64,000 nt of DNA from contig OX597823.1 in assembly GCA_951406725.2 (NCBI GenBank), positions 108,748,001 to 108,812,000 on the forward strand. Direction: 5' to 3'. Under the pieces are notes generated by a model. It was given only the letters and a program-made list of their open reading frames with translations, was not told the DNA's origin and searched no databases. The stretch comes from Octopus vulgaris. Lineage: Eukaryota. Of this stretch, positions 40,767-54,657 are shown in pieces. Both the position numbers and the translations under genes were made by a program. How positions within the stretch are numbered: position 1 is the first letter of the stretch; every line of letters starts with the position of its first letter.

Positions 40767-41765
40767 GATGTATGTATATATGTATGCACGTGTATATATA
40801 TATTATATATATACAAACACACACACATATATATGTACCTATATATTTTTAGGATTTTTAATCTAGTTAGTCTTAGCCATCAATTTTAGACTATAATCCG
40901 TTTTGTATGCTTATTTAAAAAAATATAAAAAGAAGATTAAAAATTAATGAATACACACACATACACACACATATATACACACATATACACACAAGTGCAT
41001 ACATACATAAAATGCGTTAAAATTGACAGGGAGAGAAAGATGTAAAACGATAATATTAAAAATAATGATAAAATGAAAAAAAAAAATGTCTGAAATCCTT
41101 CTGTAAACCCATAAAAATAATAAATAAAATGAATATGAAATTTTAAACATGATATTAGAAAAATATATGAATAAAATTTAAAAATGTAAATTGGTAGCAA
41201 GTGTGACACATTTCTCTTATCTGGTTTATTGGCTGTTGTTTGTAGCTCTTCTTTGGATTCGTGTATGTTAAAGTGTATGTGCCCGTATGTGGTGGAGTTT
41301 AAGTGTCTGTATCTGTGCATATGCGCACGCACGCACATGATATATTCATGTGTTCGAGTATGTGTGTGTTTGCTTGTTTTAGTATACGCCTGAATGTATA
41401 TGTGTATGAAATATGGGATTTACTTCGAATATGAGAGTACAGATGTATGTGAATGCCTTCTTTATAGTTTGATGTGCTTATGCACTCTGAGAGAATGTGT
41501 TCGTATGGATGAGTGTGTACATGCGTGTAGTTGTCAGTGTGTGTGTCTGTCCACAGTTTATCGCGTTATTATTATTATTAGTTAACAAAGCCTACTGTTG
41601 CACTCAATATTATAGTATAGATACACACATTTGAAACACCAAAACCGCCTTCAACAAGCTTCGCTGTATCTGATACAACCGTCCTTCTCCTTTTTGTTCT
41701 ATCATCGTCCTAAATATCTCTCAGGCTCCCCCTCACAGAGCCCACACGAAACACCGACCCAATAA

Positions 41766-41995
41766 TTTATTTCTTTATTGCCCACAAGGGGCTAAACATA
41801 GAGGGGACAAACAAGGACAGACAAAGGGATTAAGTCGATTACATCGACCCCAGTGTGTAACTGGTACTTATTTAATCGACCCCGAAATGATGAAAGGCAA
41901 AGTCGACCTCGGCGGAATTTGAACTCAGAACGTAACGGCAGACGAAATACCACTAGGCAGTTCGCCCGGCGTGCTAACGATTGTGCCAGTTCACC
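41766..41995 (-). mobile_element. SINE family C
   Basis: TSD CACCGACCCAATAA at 41752-41765 and 41992-42005. Confidence 0.93.
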
Positions 41996-42499
41996 GACCC
42001 AATAACATCTCCTGTCTGCTACTGGTATCGTCATTCGACAGATTTGAAGCTGATCTTTAATGCCCATCGAGTCCACCGATCTTAAAAGGAAGTACTGTTT
42101 CAAAAATCATAGATCATGGCCACTGAGCCCATTCTTCCATTTTTTTTAATATCAAGAATAGTAATTATTGCTCTGATGAGTAAAACTAAAACATTATGAT
42201 TCAGTTTTAACTGTATAAATAATGTGTGGCTGTCACTGAAATATAACAGATTGTACGAGAGTAACAGGTGCAAGTACGACTGTATAGTCAACAATTTGGC
42301 TTTGCAACTACATGATGTCGAGTTCGATCCACGGCACAAAACCTTGAGCAAGTGTCTTTTACCAGAGCTTCTTGTGGACCAAAAATTTCGAAATGATAAT
42401 TAGAGAAGGAAAACTGTGTTGAGGCCTCGTTCTTTGGTGGTAATTCCTCACCTGGTGTAACACAACTAACTATTCATTGAGTGCTTTAATTGGAGCCGT

Positions 42500-42696
42500 T
42501 ATTAGAGCCTTGCTTTAAGAATATCACGAAAGGTTTGGTTGGAGGACACATTTTCGAGTTCTTCTACAGAGCTTAGAAAACCTGTAATGCCGCTGCAATA
42601 GGTGTGTGAATCTGAGAGGAGAATATGTTGAATAAAATCATTAGCTGTTCCTCCTGTTTAACACAAAGTCAGGAATCTTTCAGTACCCCGTCGTAT
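42500..42696 (+). mobile_element. Mariner 3' end relic
   Basis: ...RCNRCVNLRGEYVE-stop, then TIR-like CAGGAATCTTTCAGTACCCCGTCG-TA. Confidence 0.65.
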
Positions 42697-43119
42697 TAAT
42701 TTATTGCTATTTCGAATCATGTAAAGCATAGACAACACTGCATGATATAGGCGCAATACTGCAGAGGAGTAGGGGCCGAAACCGGACGTGGTTCCTCCTG
42801 ATGATGTCTTGAGCTAACTGGATCCTATAAAGGAGCTGTTGTGGTAGCAGACCACGAAACACGGTTGAAATTCCTCAGATAGAAAATAAAATAGCGAGAC
42901 AGTGAATCATACGTAAAGCAATGAATTTTGCAAGCTTAATGGTAATTAATCGAATTTTCCACAAAATATTCTAAGCTCATGATCTGCATATTCGGCATTG
43001 CAGTGTCAGCACCGGTTGGACTCAGATCATTTCACCTTTGGTACTAGAAGCAGCTTCTTCCTGATACCAAGGCAAAAGGGAAACCTTGCGAAAGGCTGGC
43101 ACACTTTTATTGCTTGACA

Positions 43120-43345
43120 TTTATAACGAGCCAGAAAGAAACTGACTACGTTGTCACCTTATCTGCTAGATGTTGTAGCCATACCTTCCTCAAATAACTC
43201 CCTACCGTTAAAAAAAGGGCAAGTACATACATATTGGCTAATGTAGTCCAAGATACGTACACTAGAAAACGAACAACACAATGATCATGATTAAATCATG
43301 TTTGGACATAGTTCAGCAGGATCAAGGCTGACTAAGGGTTATAAA
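43120..43345 (+). mobile_element. Old dispersed repeat (retroposon-like)
   Basis: Related segments at about 1930-2130, 38400-38530, 44235-44310 (minus), 48195-48255 and 52190-52700, sharing a GATCAG.GYTGACCTGGGGCTAAAC-like end. Confidence 0.55.
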
Positions 43346-43357
43346 GCAAAAGATAAC

Positions 43358-43579
43358 CTATTTTTTTACCACTCACACGGGGTTAAACGCAGAGAGGACA
43401 AACAAGGACAGACAAACGGATTAAGTCGATTACATCGACCCCAGTGCGTAACTGGTACTTATTTAATCGACCCCGAAAGGATGAAAGGCAAAGTCGACCT
43501 CGGCGGAATTTGAACTCAGAACGTAACGGCAGACGAAATACCGCTAAGCATTTCGCCCGGCGTGCTAACGATTCTGCCA
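43358..43579 (-). mobile_element. SINE family C
   Basis: Near full-length, little-diverged copy. Confidence 0.92.
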
Positions 43580-43907
43580 GACCAGTAAAAGAAAAAGAAA
43601 TTAAGTCTGAGTCTGTTTTGAACTCACCGCTATGAGGTGGAGGACGAGATGATAGAATGAAACTCTTCTAATGTTGTAAATTACTGTCACAGCAATCTGA
43701 ACCCTCCACCTTCGCCTCCACTCATCCTCTCCCCTTCTCTCTCTCTCTCTCTCTCATTTAATATTAATTAGTTAATGTAATCCTGCAAGCGTTAACGAAC
43801 ACAATTGCAATCTGGGGGAATCCTCAGAAGACCTTCATCAAATGCATTTTACACGCTGCATTTGATAACTGCTGCCACTGCCACTGCCGCTGCTGCTGCT
43901 GCTACTG

Positions 43908-43985
<78 letters not shown>

Positions 43986-44090
43986 TAAATAAATAAATAA
44001 CAAGAACAGCAACAAAGATGTTTGCAATGATGACACCAACACCTATACAACACATTTCATTACGTCACTTTATATTAGTGTTGTTCCTGA

Positions 44091-44123
<33 letters not shown>

Positions 44124-44329
44124 AATGATCACTGTTGTTGTTGTTATTGATGCTGCTCTTATAAATGTTGTCGTTTCATTGCTGCTGCTGCTGCTGTGAC
44201 AGTTGTTGTTGCAGCTGTGTTGATGTCGTTATTACTGTTCAGCCCTAGGTCAGCTCTGGCCTATGATCAAAAGAATTCCATCCATGACCTCTCAGCCTTC
44301 TCTTGGGTATTGCAGTCGTGTACAGACTC

Positions 44330-44699
44330 TTTTGTTGGTTTGTGTTGTTGTTGTTGTCGATGATGATAATGCTGCTGCTGCTGCTGAGGATGATGATGAT
44401 GATGATAATGCTAGTGATGATAGTGATGGCGATAATTATAACGATGCTTACGGTTAATGGTCTTACTGTTGCCGAGTGATTATTGCCATTACTGGACCCA
44501 ATGTTGTTGTTGCTGCTGTTGATGGTGATGTTGTGGTTGCTACTACTACTACTACTACTGCTGCTGCAGCTGTTGTTGTTGTTGTTGTTGCTGATGCTGG
44601 TGCTATTTGATGGTGATACTGTGGTTTCTGCTGCCGATGATGTTGCTGCTGATCTTTTGTTGTTGCTGTTGCTGTTGTGGTTGTTGCTGTTATGGTTGC

Positions 44700-44734
<35 letters not shown>

Positions 44735-44735
44735 C

Positions 44736-44770
<35 letters not shown>

Positions 44771-45110
44771 CTGCTGCTGCTGTTGTTGTTGTTGCTGCTG
44801 CTGTTGTTGCTGCTGCTGTTGTTGTTGTAGCTCTTGCAGCTGTTTTCGTTGTTGCTGTTACTGTTGAAGTTGTTGTTGTTGTTGTTGCTGCTGCTATTGC
44901 TGACGCTGTTGCTGGTGCTGCTGTTGGTGGTAATGTTATGGTTGCTGTTGTAGCTCCTGCAGTTGTTTTTGTTGTTGCTATTACTGTTGTGGTTGTTGCT
45001 TGTTGTTGTTGATGTTATTGCTGCTGCTGTTGATGGTAACGTTATGGTTGCTACTGTTGTTGCTGTTGTTACAATTGTTGTTGTTGTTGCTTTTATTGTT
45101 GTCGCTATTA
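44330..45110. repeat. (GTT/GCT/GAT)n trinucleotide array
   Basis: Seen directly; source of the poly-L/C/V/A ORFs. Confidence 0.93.
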
Positions 45111-45114
45111 TTTG

Positions 45115-45519
45115 TTTACTCTTTTACTCTTTTATTTGTTTCAGTCATTTGACTGCGGCCATGCTGGAGCACCGCCTTTAGTCGAGCAAATCGACCCCGG
45201 GACTTATTCTTTGTAAGCCTAGTACTTATTCTATCGGTATCTTTTGCCGAACCGCTAAGTGACGAGGACATAAACACACCAGCATCGGTTGTGAAGCAAT
45301 GCTAGGGAGACAAACACAGGCACACAAACATATACACACACATATAAATATATATACGACGGGCTTCTTTCAGTTTCCATCTACCAAATCCACTCACAAG
45401 GCTTTGGTCGGCCCGAATCTATAGTAGAAGTCACTTGCCCAAGGTGCCACGCAGTGGGACTGAACCCGGAACCATGTGGTTGGGAAACAAGCTACTTACC
45501 ACACAGCCACTCCTACGCC
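45115..45519 (-). mobile_element. SINE family A
   Basis: Full length. Confidence 0.93.
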
Positions 45520-46105
45520 TATTGTTTATTGTTCAATATTCCACTTTCCATTCCACCACAGGTGGTTTCTACTTCTAAGTCAATAATACACTTCTAATCT
45601 CTTGAGAAAATAAAATTCAAGGAAAACATTTTGCTTCGGCGTTGATTAGCAGATTCGCCAGCGCGTCGACTAATATCTGCTGTTAATATTTTTTTCAGCT
45701 CTTTATGTTCTGAGTTCAAATCAGGCAATACTTGACTTCGATTTTCATCTCTATGAAGTCGATGATTAAAGTACCTATCTAAAACTGGAGTCAATTTGAT
45801 TGACTCTTCTAAATTTGAGATCTGGTCCCTATGTTCCCACCTCGCTCTTTTCCCTCTTCTGGAATTGGTCTTTATATTGTGCTATGAAAGCGTCACAGGA
45901 GACCAGTTGTCGTATCCCATTACCTCCAAGAAATGGAGGGTGTGTTGAATTAGGGACTACAAACTTCTTATTTACCACGTTACGGAATACCGCCCAAAGA
46001 CTCAAAAGAATACGAGTAAGGCGGTCGTGAATAGACCGATGTGGTATAAGGCATGGCGTGGTTTAAAATATATAAAGAATACATAGTGATTATTATTATG
46101 GTGGT

Positions 46106-46419
46106 TGTGGAGGCGCAATGATCCAGTGGTTAGAGCAGCAGACTTGCGGTCGGAGGATCGCGGTTTCGATTCCTAGACCGGATGTTGTATGTGTTTATTG
46201 AGCGAAAACACCTAAAGCTGTACGAGGCTCCAGCAGGGGGATGGTGGTGACCCCTGTTGTACTCTTTCGCTCCAACTTTCTCTCACTCTCTCTTCCTGTT
46301 TCTTGAGTAACGCTGCGATGGACTGGCGTCCCGTCCAGCTGGGGGGAACAAATACGCCACAGAAACCGGGAAACCGGGCCCATGAGCCTGGCTAGGCTTG
46401 AAAAGGGCGCATAAAAAAA
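46106..46419 (+). mobile_element. SINE family D (tail type 1)
   Basis: tRNA-like head, GCGATGGACTGGCGTCCCGTCCAG domain, A-rich tail; TSD ATTATGGTGGT at 46095-46105 and 46420-46430. Confidence 0.92.
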
Positions 46420-46443
46420 ATTATGGTGGTAGTGGAAGTGGAG

Positions 46444-46476
<33 letters not shown>

Positions 46477-47357
46477 ACAAATACAGCTAGATGTCACTCG
46501 CGAGCGAGTACGATCTACTTGCGTATAACATGGCTTTCAATCATTGGTTTTGGTACCTATGTATTTGTAGGCGCAAGTAGATATTGTCACCCCCTCGACC
46601 TCGTCCTTTTTGAGCACCCAGAATACAACAACTAGAGGCAGAGAGAACAGCACCAGTACTTGGATAGAAATCATTTTCAGCGAAGTAGACAGGAGCAACG
46701 TGAAATGATCATTACTTTACTCAATGACAGAAATCCCAGTCAAGAGATTGAATTCACGATCTTACAATCGAGAGCAGCACACCTCTTAGGACTCGGCCAC
46801 GCGCCTTCACTAGTGATAGCAATAAAGGTGATTGTAGTGGTGGCGGCGATGGTGGAGGTGGTAATCGTTGTGGTGGGTGATGGTGAGGGTGTAGAGGTGA
46901 AGGTGTTTCCGGTGTTTATGGCGAGGTAGAAGGGTGCAAGATGGCGATTAAGAGCGGGGAGCCAGAGCAGGCGAGTAGGAGGAATATTAAGGAGCGAGCT
47001 GGGGGAGAGGGGTGTTATGGTGCCAATTAAAAAAAATTAAATCCACCCATCACACCCTCATCTACAATTATTTCGTACTCTGACCTAATTACAGCAACCC
47101 TCGCAACTCATTATCATCATCACCACCACCACCACTACGACGACGTCCACCGCTGCCACCGCTGCTGCCGCCGCCATTGCTACCGCCACCATTGCTACCG
47201 CCGCCACTGCTGTCGCCGCCGCTGCAGTTGCTACCGCCGTTGCTGCCGCCGCTGTCGCCGTCGCGGGTGCCGTTCTTTCCACCGCCGCCGCTGCCGCCAC
47301 CACCACCACCATGATGATGACTCCGCCGTAATCATCATCATCATCATCATCATCACG

Positions 47358-47389
<32 letters not shown>

Positions 47390-47544
47390 GTGTTTCTCTG
47401 ACTTTCAATCTCTGATTTATCTTTTCTTGTAGCATCCTTGCCTATCGTTTGGGCTGTTTTTCTGTCATTCTCTCTCTCTCTCTCACTCTCTCTCTCTCTC
47501 TCCGCGCGCCTCCTCTCTCTCCATGCGCCCCCCTCTCTCTCTCT

Positions 47545-47726
47545 CTCGAAATGCTCAGGAGTATCTCATCTGTCTTTACGCTCTGAGTTCAAATTCCACC
47601 GCGGTCGACTTTGCCCTTCATCTTTCGGGATCGATAAATTAAGTACCTGTTGTGTACTGAGGTCGATCTAATCGACTGGCCCCCTTCCCCAAAATTTCGG
47701 GCCTTGTGCCTAGAGTAGAAAAGAAC
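47545..47726 (+). mobile_element. SINE family C, alternative tail
   Basis: C body followed by CCCCTTCCCCAAAATTTCGGGCCTTGTGCCTAGAGTAGAAAAGAA. Confidence 0.8.
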
Positions 47727-47780
47727 AGAAGACATTGGTTCTGATTACCAGCAAGATTTAAAAAAAAAAACAGGAGCGAT

Positions 47781-48192
47781 GGCGTAGGAGTGGCTGTGTG
47801 GTAAGTAGCTTTCTTACCAACCACATGGTTCCGGGTTCAGTCCCACTGCGTGGCACCTTGGGCAAGTGTCTTCTACTATTGCCTCGGGCCAATCAAAGCC
47901 TTGTGAGTGGATTTAGTAGACGGAAACTGAAAGAAGCCCGTTCTATATATATGTATATGTATGTGCGTGTAATATGTTAGTGTGTCTGTGTTTGTCCCCC
48001 CAACATCGCTTGACGACCGATACTGGTGTGTTTACGTACCTGAAACTTAGCGGTTCGACAAAAGATACCGATAGAATAAGTACTAGACTTACAAAGAATA
48101 AGTTTTGGGGTCGATGTGCTCGACTAAAGCCGGTGCTCCGGCATGGCCACAGTTAAATGACTGAAACAAGGAAAAGAGTAAAAGTGAGTAAA
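47781..48192 (+). mobile_element. SINE family A
   Basis: Full length. Confidence 0.93.
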
Positions 48193-48254
48193 AGATGGTT
48201 ACAATACCTTTGATTCTTAGTCTACCGGATACTGGGTGACCTGGGGTTAAACAG

Positions 48255-48299
<45 letters not shown>

Positions 48300-48579
48300 T
48301 ATATATACTACATCCGATTCAACACCATCAATATGTTTGTAGCAGTGAGACAGCTTTTGTAACTGTTGCTTTTCCTGCAAGAAAGCGCAGCCAAATGCCT
48401 TTCGTGTTACTGTCTTGAGAAACGAAAGGCACGTTGGGAAAGTAGTTCCCATTATACGAGAAGATGGAATGGTTACGGATGGAACGCTTCTGAAGATAGA
48501 TCCACGCGATCAGAGCTAATCTTAGACTGAACACTACTAACTGACTTTTACCATAATTAGATCTACTACACCTAATTCC

Positions 48580-49350
48580 GCTACCACGACGACGACCACC
48601 ACCACCACCGCCACCACGTGGCCATGACCATGACTCCCACAACGATGGCAACGCCCACCACCACCAACACCACTACGGTCACTATGACCATTACAACCAC
48701 AATCACAACCACCGCCACGCTGACGTTGGCGATGACGCAACATCGACGACGACCACCACCACCGCAACCACATCACCACCATCATCACCACCACCACTAC
48801 TACCACCACGACCATCATCAACAGCAACAAAGAAGACGACGACGACGACCACCACCACCACCACCATATTCACCATCACCGCCAAAGCCAACTCCCAACG
48901 CCACGGCCACTCTGGTCACTATCGACCATCACCACCAGTACAACCACAACCACAACCACCACGTCGATGACACAACATCGTTAATACCACCATCTCTACC
49001 ACCACCACCACCACCACCACCACCACCACCACCACCAACAACACCACAACAACAACAACAACAACAACAACACCAACCAACACCACTGCCACAGACACCG
49101 TCACCACTACCACCTTCACAATCATTAAGACTATTACACCTAACACTAACACCACCACCACTATCACTGCCACCACCACCACTACAATCACTACCACCAC
49201 CACCTCTTTCCCAACTACCACCAATACTGTCCATCCTTACAATCAACACTACCACCAATACCTAGTTTTCCTCCCACCCCACCCCAACTACCAACACCAC
49301 CCACCATCCTCCACCACCACCACCACCACCACATCCACCACCACCACCCA
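48580..49350. repeat. Degenerate (ACC/ACA/ACG)n array
   Basis: Seen directly. Confidence 0.9.
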
Positions 49351-49814
49351 GCTACCACTCACCTACCCCAGCATGTGCATTATGAATGCACCAGGGTTCT
49401 CTTTGATTTATGGTGCAGCTTCTGTGGGTGATAATGTATCAAAATTATTCATTGAGCACGTGGAGTGTCAGCAGCGAATTAATATCTGCTTAATTATTGG
49501 ACTGAAATTTTCTACCACTCTTAATGAGGACTTCTGGCGAAACATACACACGCATAATTCATACATCACTCACACACTTGTTCTTACACACTCACATATA
49601 TATATACACATTAGAAGAAAAAGAAAGAAAGAAACAAACAAACACGTACGCACGTATCTGGATATATATGCATACCCACAGATGCACACATACATGTACA
49701 CGCACACATAATACGTATGCGCATAGCATATATACTTACATATATATATACGTATACATGCATACAGGAAAATACATACACATGCATATATGTAAATGCA
49801 TACATACGTACATA

Positions 49815-50240
<426 letters not shown>

Positions 50241-50669
50241 TTAAAACGTTCATACATATATATAAACATGCATACACATATACATACATGAATACATACA
50301 CACACACACATTACATAGACATACATAGTCATGTGTACTTTCACTTCTCTGTTCACACACACACACACACACACTAAACATATAAAGCATGTACACATAC
50401 ATTCCCAACACACGCATATGTAGTTAAGCTAGCGTTAATATATTTAATTAATATATTTAATAGAGAGAGTATTTAAAAGCTCATTAGAAATATTAATGCG
50501 GTCAGGAAAATAACAAGTCGTTGGTTAATATTATTTTAATAATATTAGCATGTAAGAGGAACAACTTCTGACATGATTTCTAACTTATTATTATCTCATC
50601 AGCCACTCATAAATTTCACCCTACTTTGCAATCTCTTGTCGAAGCAGTGTGTGTACGAGAATATTCTTT

Positions 50670-51083
50670 TTATTCTTTTCTTTTACTTGTTTCAGTCATT
50701 TGACTGCGGCCATGCTGGAGCACCGCCTTTAGTCGAGCAAATCGACCCCGGGACTTATTCTTTGTAAGCCCAGTACTTATTCTATCGGTCTCTTTTGCCG
50801 AACCGCTACGTGACGGGGACGTAAACACACCAGCATCGGTTGTGAAGCAATGTTAGGGGGACAAACACAGACACATAAACACACACACACATACATACAT
50901 ATAGATATATATACATATATACGACGGGCTTCTTTCAGTTTCCGTCTACCAAATCCACTCACAAGGCTTTGGTCAGCCTGAGGCTATAGCAGAAGACACT
51001 TGCCCAAGATGCTACGCAGTGGGACTGAACCCGGAACCATGTGGTTGGTTAGCAAGCTACTTACCACACAGCCACTCCTGCAC
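50670..51083 (-). mobile_element. SINE family A
   Basis: Full length. Confidence 0.93.
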
Positions 51084-51307
51084 CTATATACAGTAGTTGA
51101 CTTAGAAATCCAATGTTGTTTAACACTTTAGCAGTCAAACTAGCAGTATCCGGTCTAAATATTCTACCTGCCTTATGTTCAAACCAGCCAGATTTAGCTT
51201 CTCACACCTATCCTACAATGTCCTTCTAAATATAAACAATTGCATCATCAAAATCACAAAGCTACAAGATGCAGGATTAATTCAAAACAGTGGCTGTTTG
51301 GTAAGAA

Positions 51308-51654
51308 GGCGGCAAGCTGGAAGAATCGTTAGCACGAAGGGCAAGACACTTAGCGATATTTCCGTCTGGCTTTACGTTCTGAGTTCAAATTCCGCCGAGG
51401 TCGACTTTGCCTTTCATCCTTTCGAGGTCAATTAAATAAGTACCAGTTACGCACTGGGGTCAATATAATCGACCTAATCCGTTTGTCTGTCCTTGTTTGT
51501 CCGTTCTGTGTGTACCCCCTTGAGGGCAGTAAAGAAATAGGTATTTCGTCTGCCGTTACGTTCTGAGTTCAAATTCCGCCGAGGTCGACCTTGCCTTTCA
51601 CCCTTTCGGGGTCGATTAAATAAGTATCAGTTACGCACTGGGGTTGATATAATT
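51308..51654 (+). mobile_element. Tandem SINE family C (full copy plus partial copy)
   Basis: Tail AAAGAAATAG at 51540 is joined directly to the internal sequence GTATTTCGTCTGCC of a second copy. Confidence 0.9.
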
Positions 51655-51852
51655 ACCATACTCATTCTAAGGTATTGTAGTACTAATTCGGTTAATGTTC
51701 TAAAAAGGTCCAATAAGAACGAAACATGTCAGTAGTCCTCCTTACGTCCACAATGTGAACTGTCTAATTATTTGTAATTAATTGTAATCAATTATAATTA
51801 ATGTTATTAATGTTTTCAATATTTAACTAATTTTTAATATTTTAAATTTCAG

Positions 51853-52074
51853 GTTGACTCCTTTATCTTTCTTAACCATAATTACTTCAACCGTGAACAC
51901 TAACAACACTACAACACCAACGCAGCCAACAACATCAGCAGCAGCAGCAGCCGTTCAAGAATTTGGACCCGGAGATCTCCATTTCCAGCGACTTCGAGGA
52001 CCACTTCCCAGTGGTGTCGGGCGTCAACGAAGAGCCTTCGACTACAACAAGACGACCAAAGTTTTTTTTCCAAG
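51853..52074 (+). CDS. Candidate 222-bp exon; reading frame uncertain
   Basis: TTTCAG|G acceptor, AAG|GTCTGG donor, open frame LTPLSFLTIITS...GVGRQRRAFDYNKTTKVFFP, GC/CpG-rich unique island. Confidence 0.3.
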
Positions 52075-52279
52075 GTCTGGAGTCTCCCGCCCCTAAGCCC
52101 TAGACCATCGCCTAATCACCCTTACCCGTCTTGTTGCTCAACAACAACAACAACAACAACAATAACAGCAGCAGCAGTACGCTGAACTAACGAGGCAGTT
52201 TCTAAGTTGCTAGAAACCATGCTAAAATCATTTTTCTGTTTTTAACAAAAGCCATATGAAACGTTATAGTCCTTGATAT

Positions 52280-52591
52280 CACCGTGATCACCGTGGCCGA
52301 CCAGGCTATCTGATGTTGCTACACATCGCTGGTCACAATGCGCTTTGCATTGTTTTAGCCTTCAAATGACGCCACCCCGCTGGCTAAGCGAGCAGGCCAA
52401 CAGAAGAGAGAGTGAGAGAAAGTTGTGGTGAAAGAGTACAGCAGGGATCGCCACCACCCCCTGCCGGGGCCTCGAGGAGCTTTTAGGTGTTTTTGCTCAA
52501 TAAACACTCACAACGCCCGGTCTGGGAATCGAAACGGCGATCCTACAACCGCGAGTCCGCTGCCCTAACCACTGGGCCATCGCGCCTCCAC
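52280..52591 (-). mobile_element. SINE family D (tail type 2)
   Basis: Same head as 46106 but an unrelated 3' half ending CACGGTGATCACGGTGAT; TSD ATAGTCCTTGATAT at 52266-52279 and 52592-52605. Confidence 0.92.
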
Positions 52592-52997
52592 ATAGTCCTT
52601 GATATACTGTGTTTTAAATGTCAATGACAACGGTCGTAGCTTGAGAGCATCTGAATAGAAGTCCCTGCTGGATCAGAGTCGACCTGGGGCTAAACGGCAA
52701 GAACACCAATAGCATCATCACTTCCATCATTTTACGAAATAATCATAAATTTTTCTCATGCTGCTGCCATCCCCCGTGAGTTTTGGTCAACAGCTACAAA
52801 GGATCGTGTAGTTACATGCTTCTGCTCACTGAGTCCAAACTTCATTTTTGCCTCAGCAAACCCACAAAATATCTTTAAAATTAGGGGCACGTATTAGGGG
52901 CACGTATTCGGAGATCTAGATTTTATTTCAACGTGTTTCATAATGAAGAGAGTTGGGCATTATCAGAGCAGACTGAAGGGTTTGTTTGATCACTTAC

Positions 52998-53094
52998 GTC
53001 TGTGCAATGTGTCTACATAAACAGCGCCATCTAGGGGATTACCCAACAACAACAACAACATCAACAACAATCTTACTACGAATGCAAGCTCCAT
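52998..53094 (-). CDS. Candidate signal-peptide exon (MELAFVVRLLLMLLLLLGNPLDGAVYVDTLHR)
   Basis: Signal-peptide-like n/h/c pattern and a C|GTAAGT donor in phase 1; the Leu run comes from a (TTG)n tract, so it may be fortuitous. Confidence 0.25.
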
Positions 53095-53519
53095 CACCAC
53101 AAGAGCCACAACCAGCACCAACGCCAGAGTATTACTACCTCTACTTTCCTTGCTACCCATAACTATTAAAGATATCCCGGCTGTCAGAACTGCTGGAGGG
53201 ACATCAAATAACACGTGACACACTTATTGTCCACAAATCTAAATGCTCCTCATATACTTTTTTTCCAAGATGGTGCTTACACCAGGTTAACACTTGACAT
53301 ATCACGTGTGTTTGATCTATGGGTTTGTCCCCTTCTACTTACCCTAAAATTAAATGATTGATTGAGTATCTCCGTGTTTATAGTTTGGTTGAGCAGAACT
53401 GTATGTCTGTTAAACAATAACAATAATCACTGTTTAGCGACAATATTCTCTCTAAATTAATACTCCGGGGAAAGGAGGTCATGAGTTCACAAAACATATG
53501 TTGTATTTCGTACATGCAT

Positions 53520-54155
<636 letters not shown>

Positions 54156-54489
54156 TAATATTTAACTGTATGTTTATTTAGATATACCTACTTATTTCCT
54201 TGTACTCGCATTCACACACATATATTTGTATATATAGGGATGAATTTTTCATTAAAACCTGTATTAAATTGTTGTGTTTTCAATGCAAAAAGCAGTCATT
54301 CACGTACTCACGCGCACGCGCACACTTACAAACATAACTTTGAGGTTAACCCCGCTTCGGTTCCACTGCCTTGCTAATTGATCAAGTGCTTTCTCCTATA
54401 GCCGCGAGTTGATCGATGCCTTATGGGAGAAATCGATAAATGGGAACCCTGTAGAAAACTGTCATATATACATATGCAAACACACACGC

Positions 54490-54542
<53 letters not shown>

Positions 54543-54605
54543 GTATGAGAGAATGAGATAACAAAGCCAAGACTGTGAGGAGTTTTCAGGACATTTATAA
54601 GGAAA

Positions 54606-54657
54606 TAACCTTACAGCTGTTTCTGGGATATTATGGAAATCCCTTCATCAGAGACGG
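54606..54657 (-). ncRNA. Minimal type I hammerhead ribozyme motif
   Basis: CGUCU-CUGAUGA-A-GGGAU-UUCCAUAAU-AUCCC-A-GAAAC-AGCU-GUA-AGGUU. Confidence 0.65.

Noticed and set aside
42770-42812. CGAAACC..GGTT followed by CTGATGA (type II hammerhead order)
   Set aside because: Only 4 nt lie where stem I must form, and the 10.1-11.1 pair is mismatched.
48422-48445. AAGGCACG resembling the miR-124 seed in a hairpin arm
   Set aside because: The rest of the mature sequence does not match and the stem is too short for a pre-miRNA.
52880-52907. Short tandem duplications (also 56302-56326, and 3590 versus 3828)
   Set aside because: Ordinary slippage or repair duplications with no further structure.
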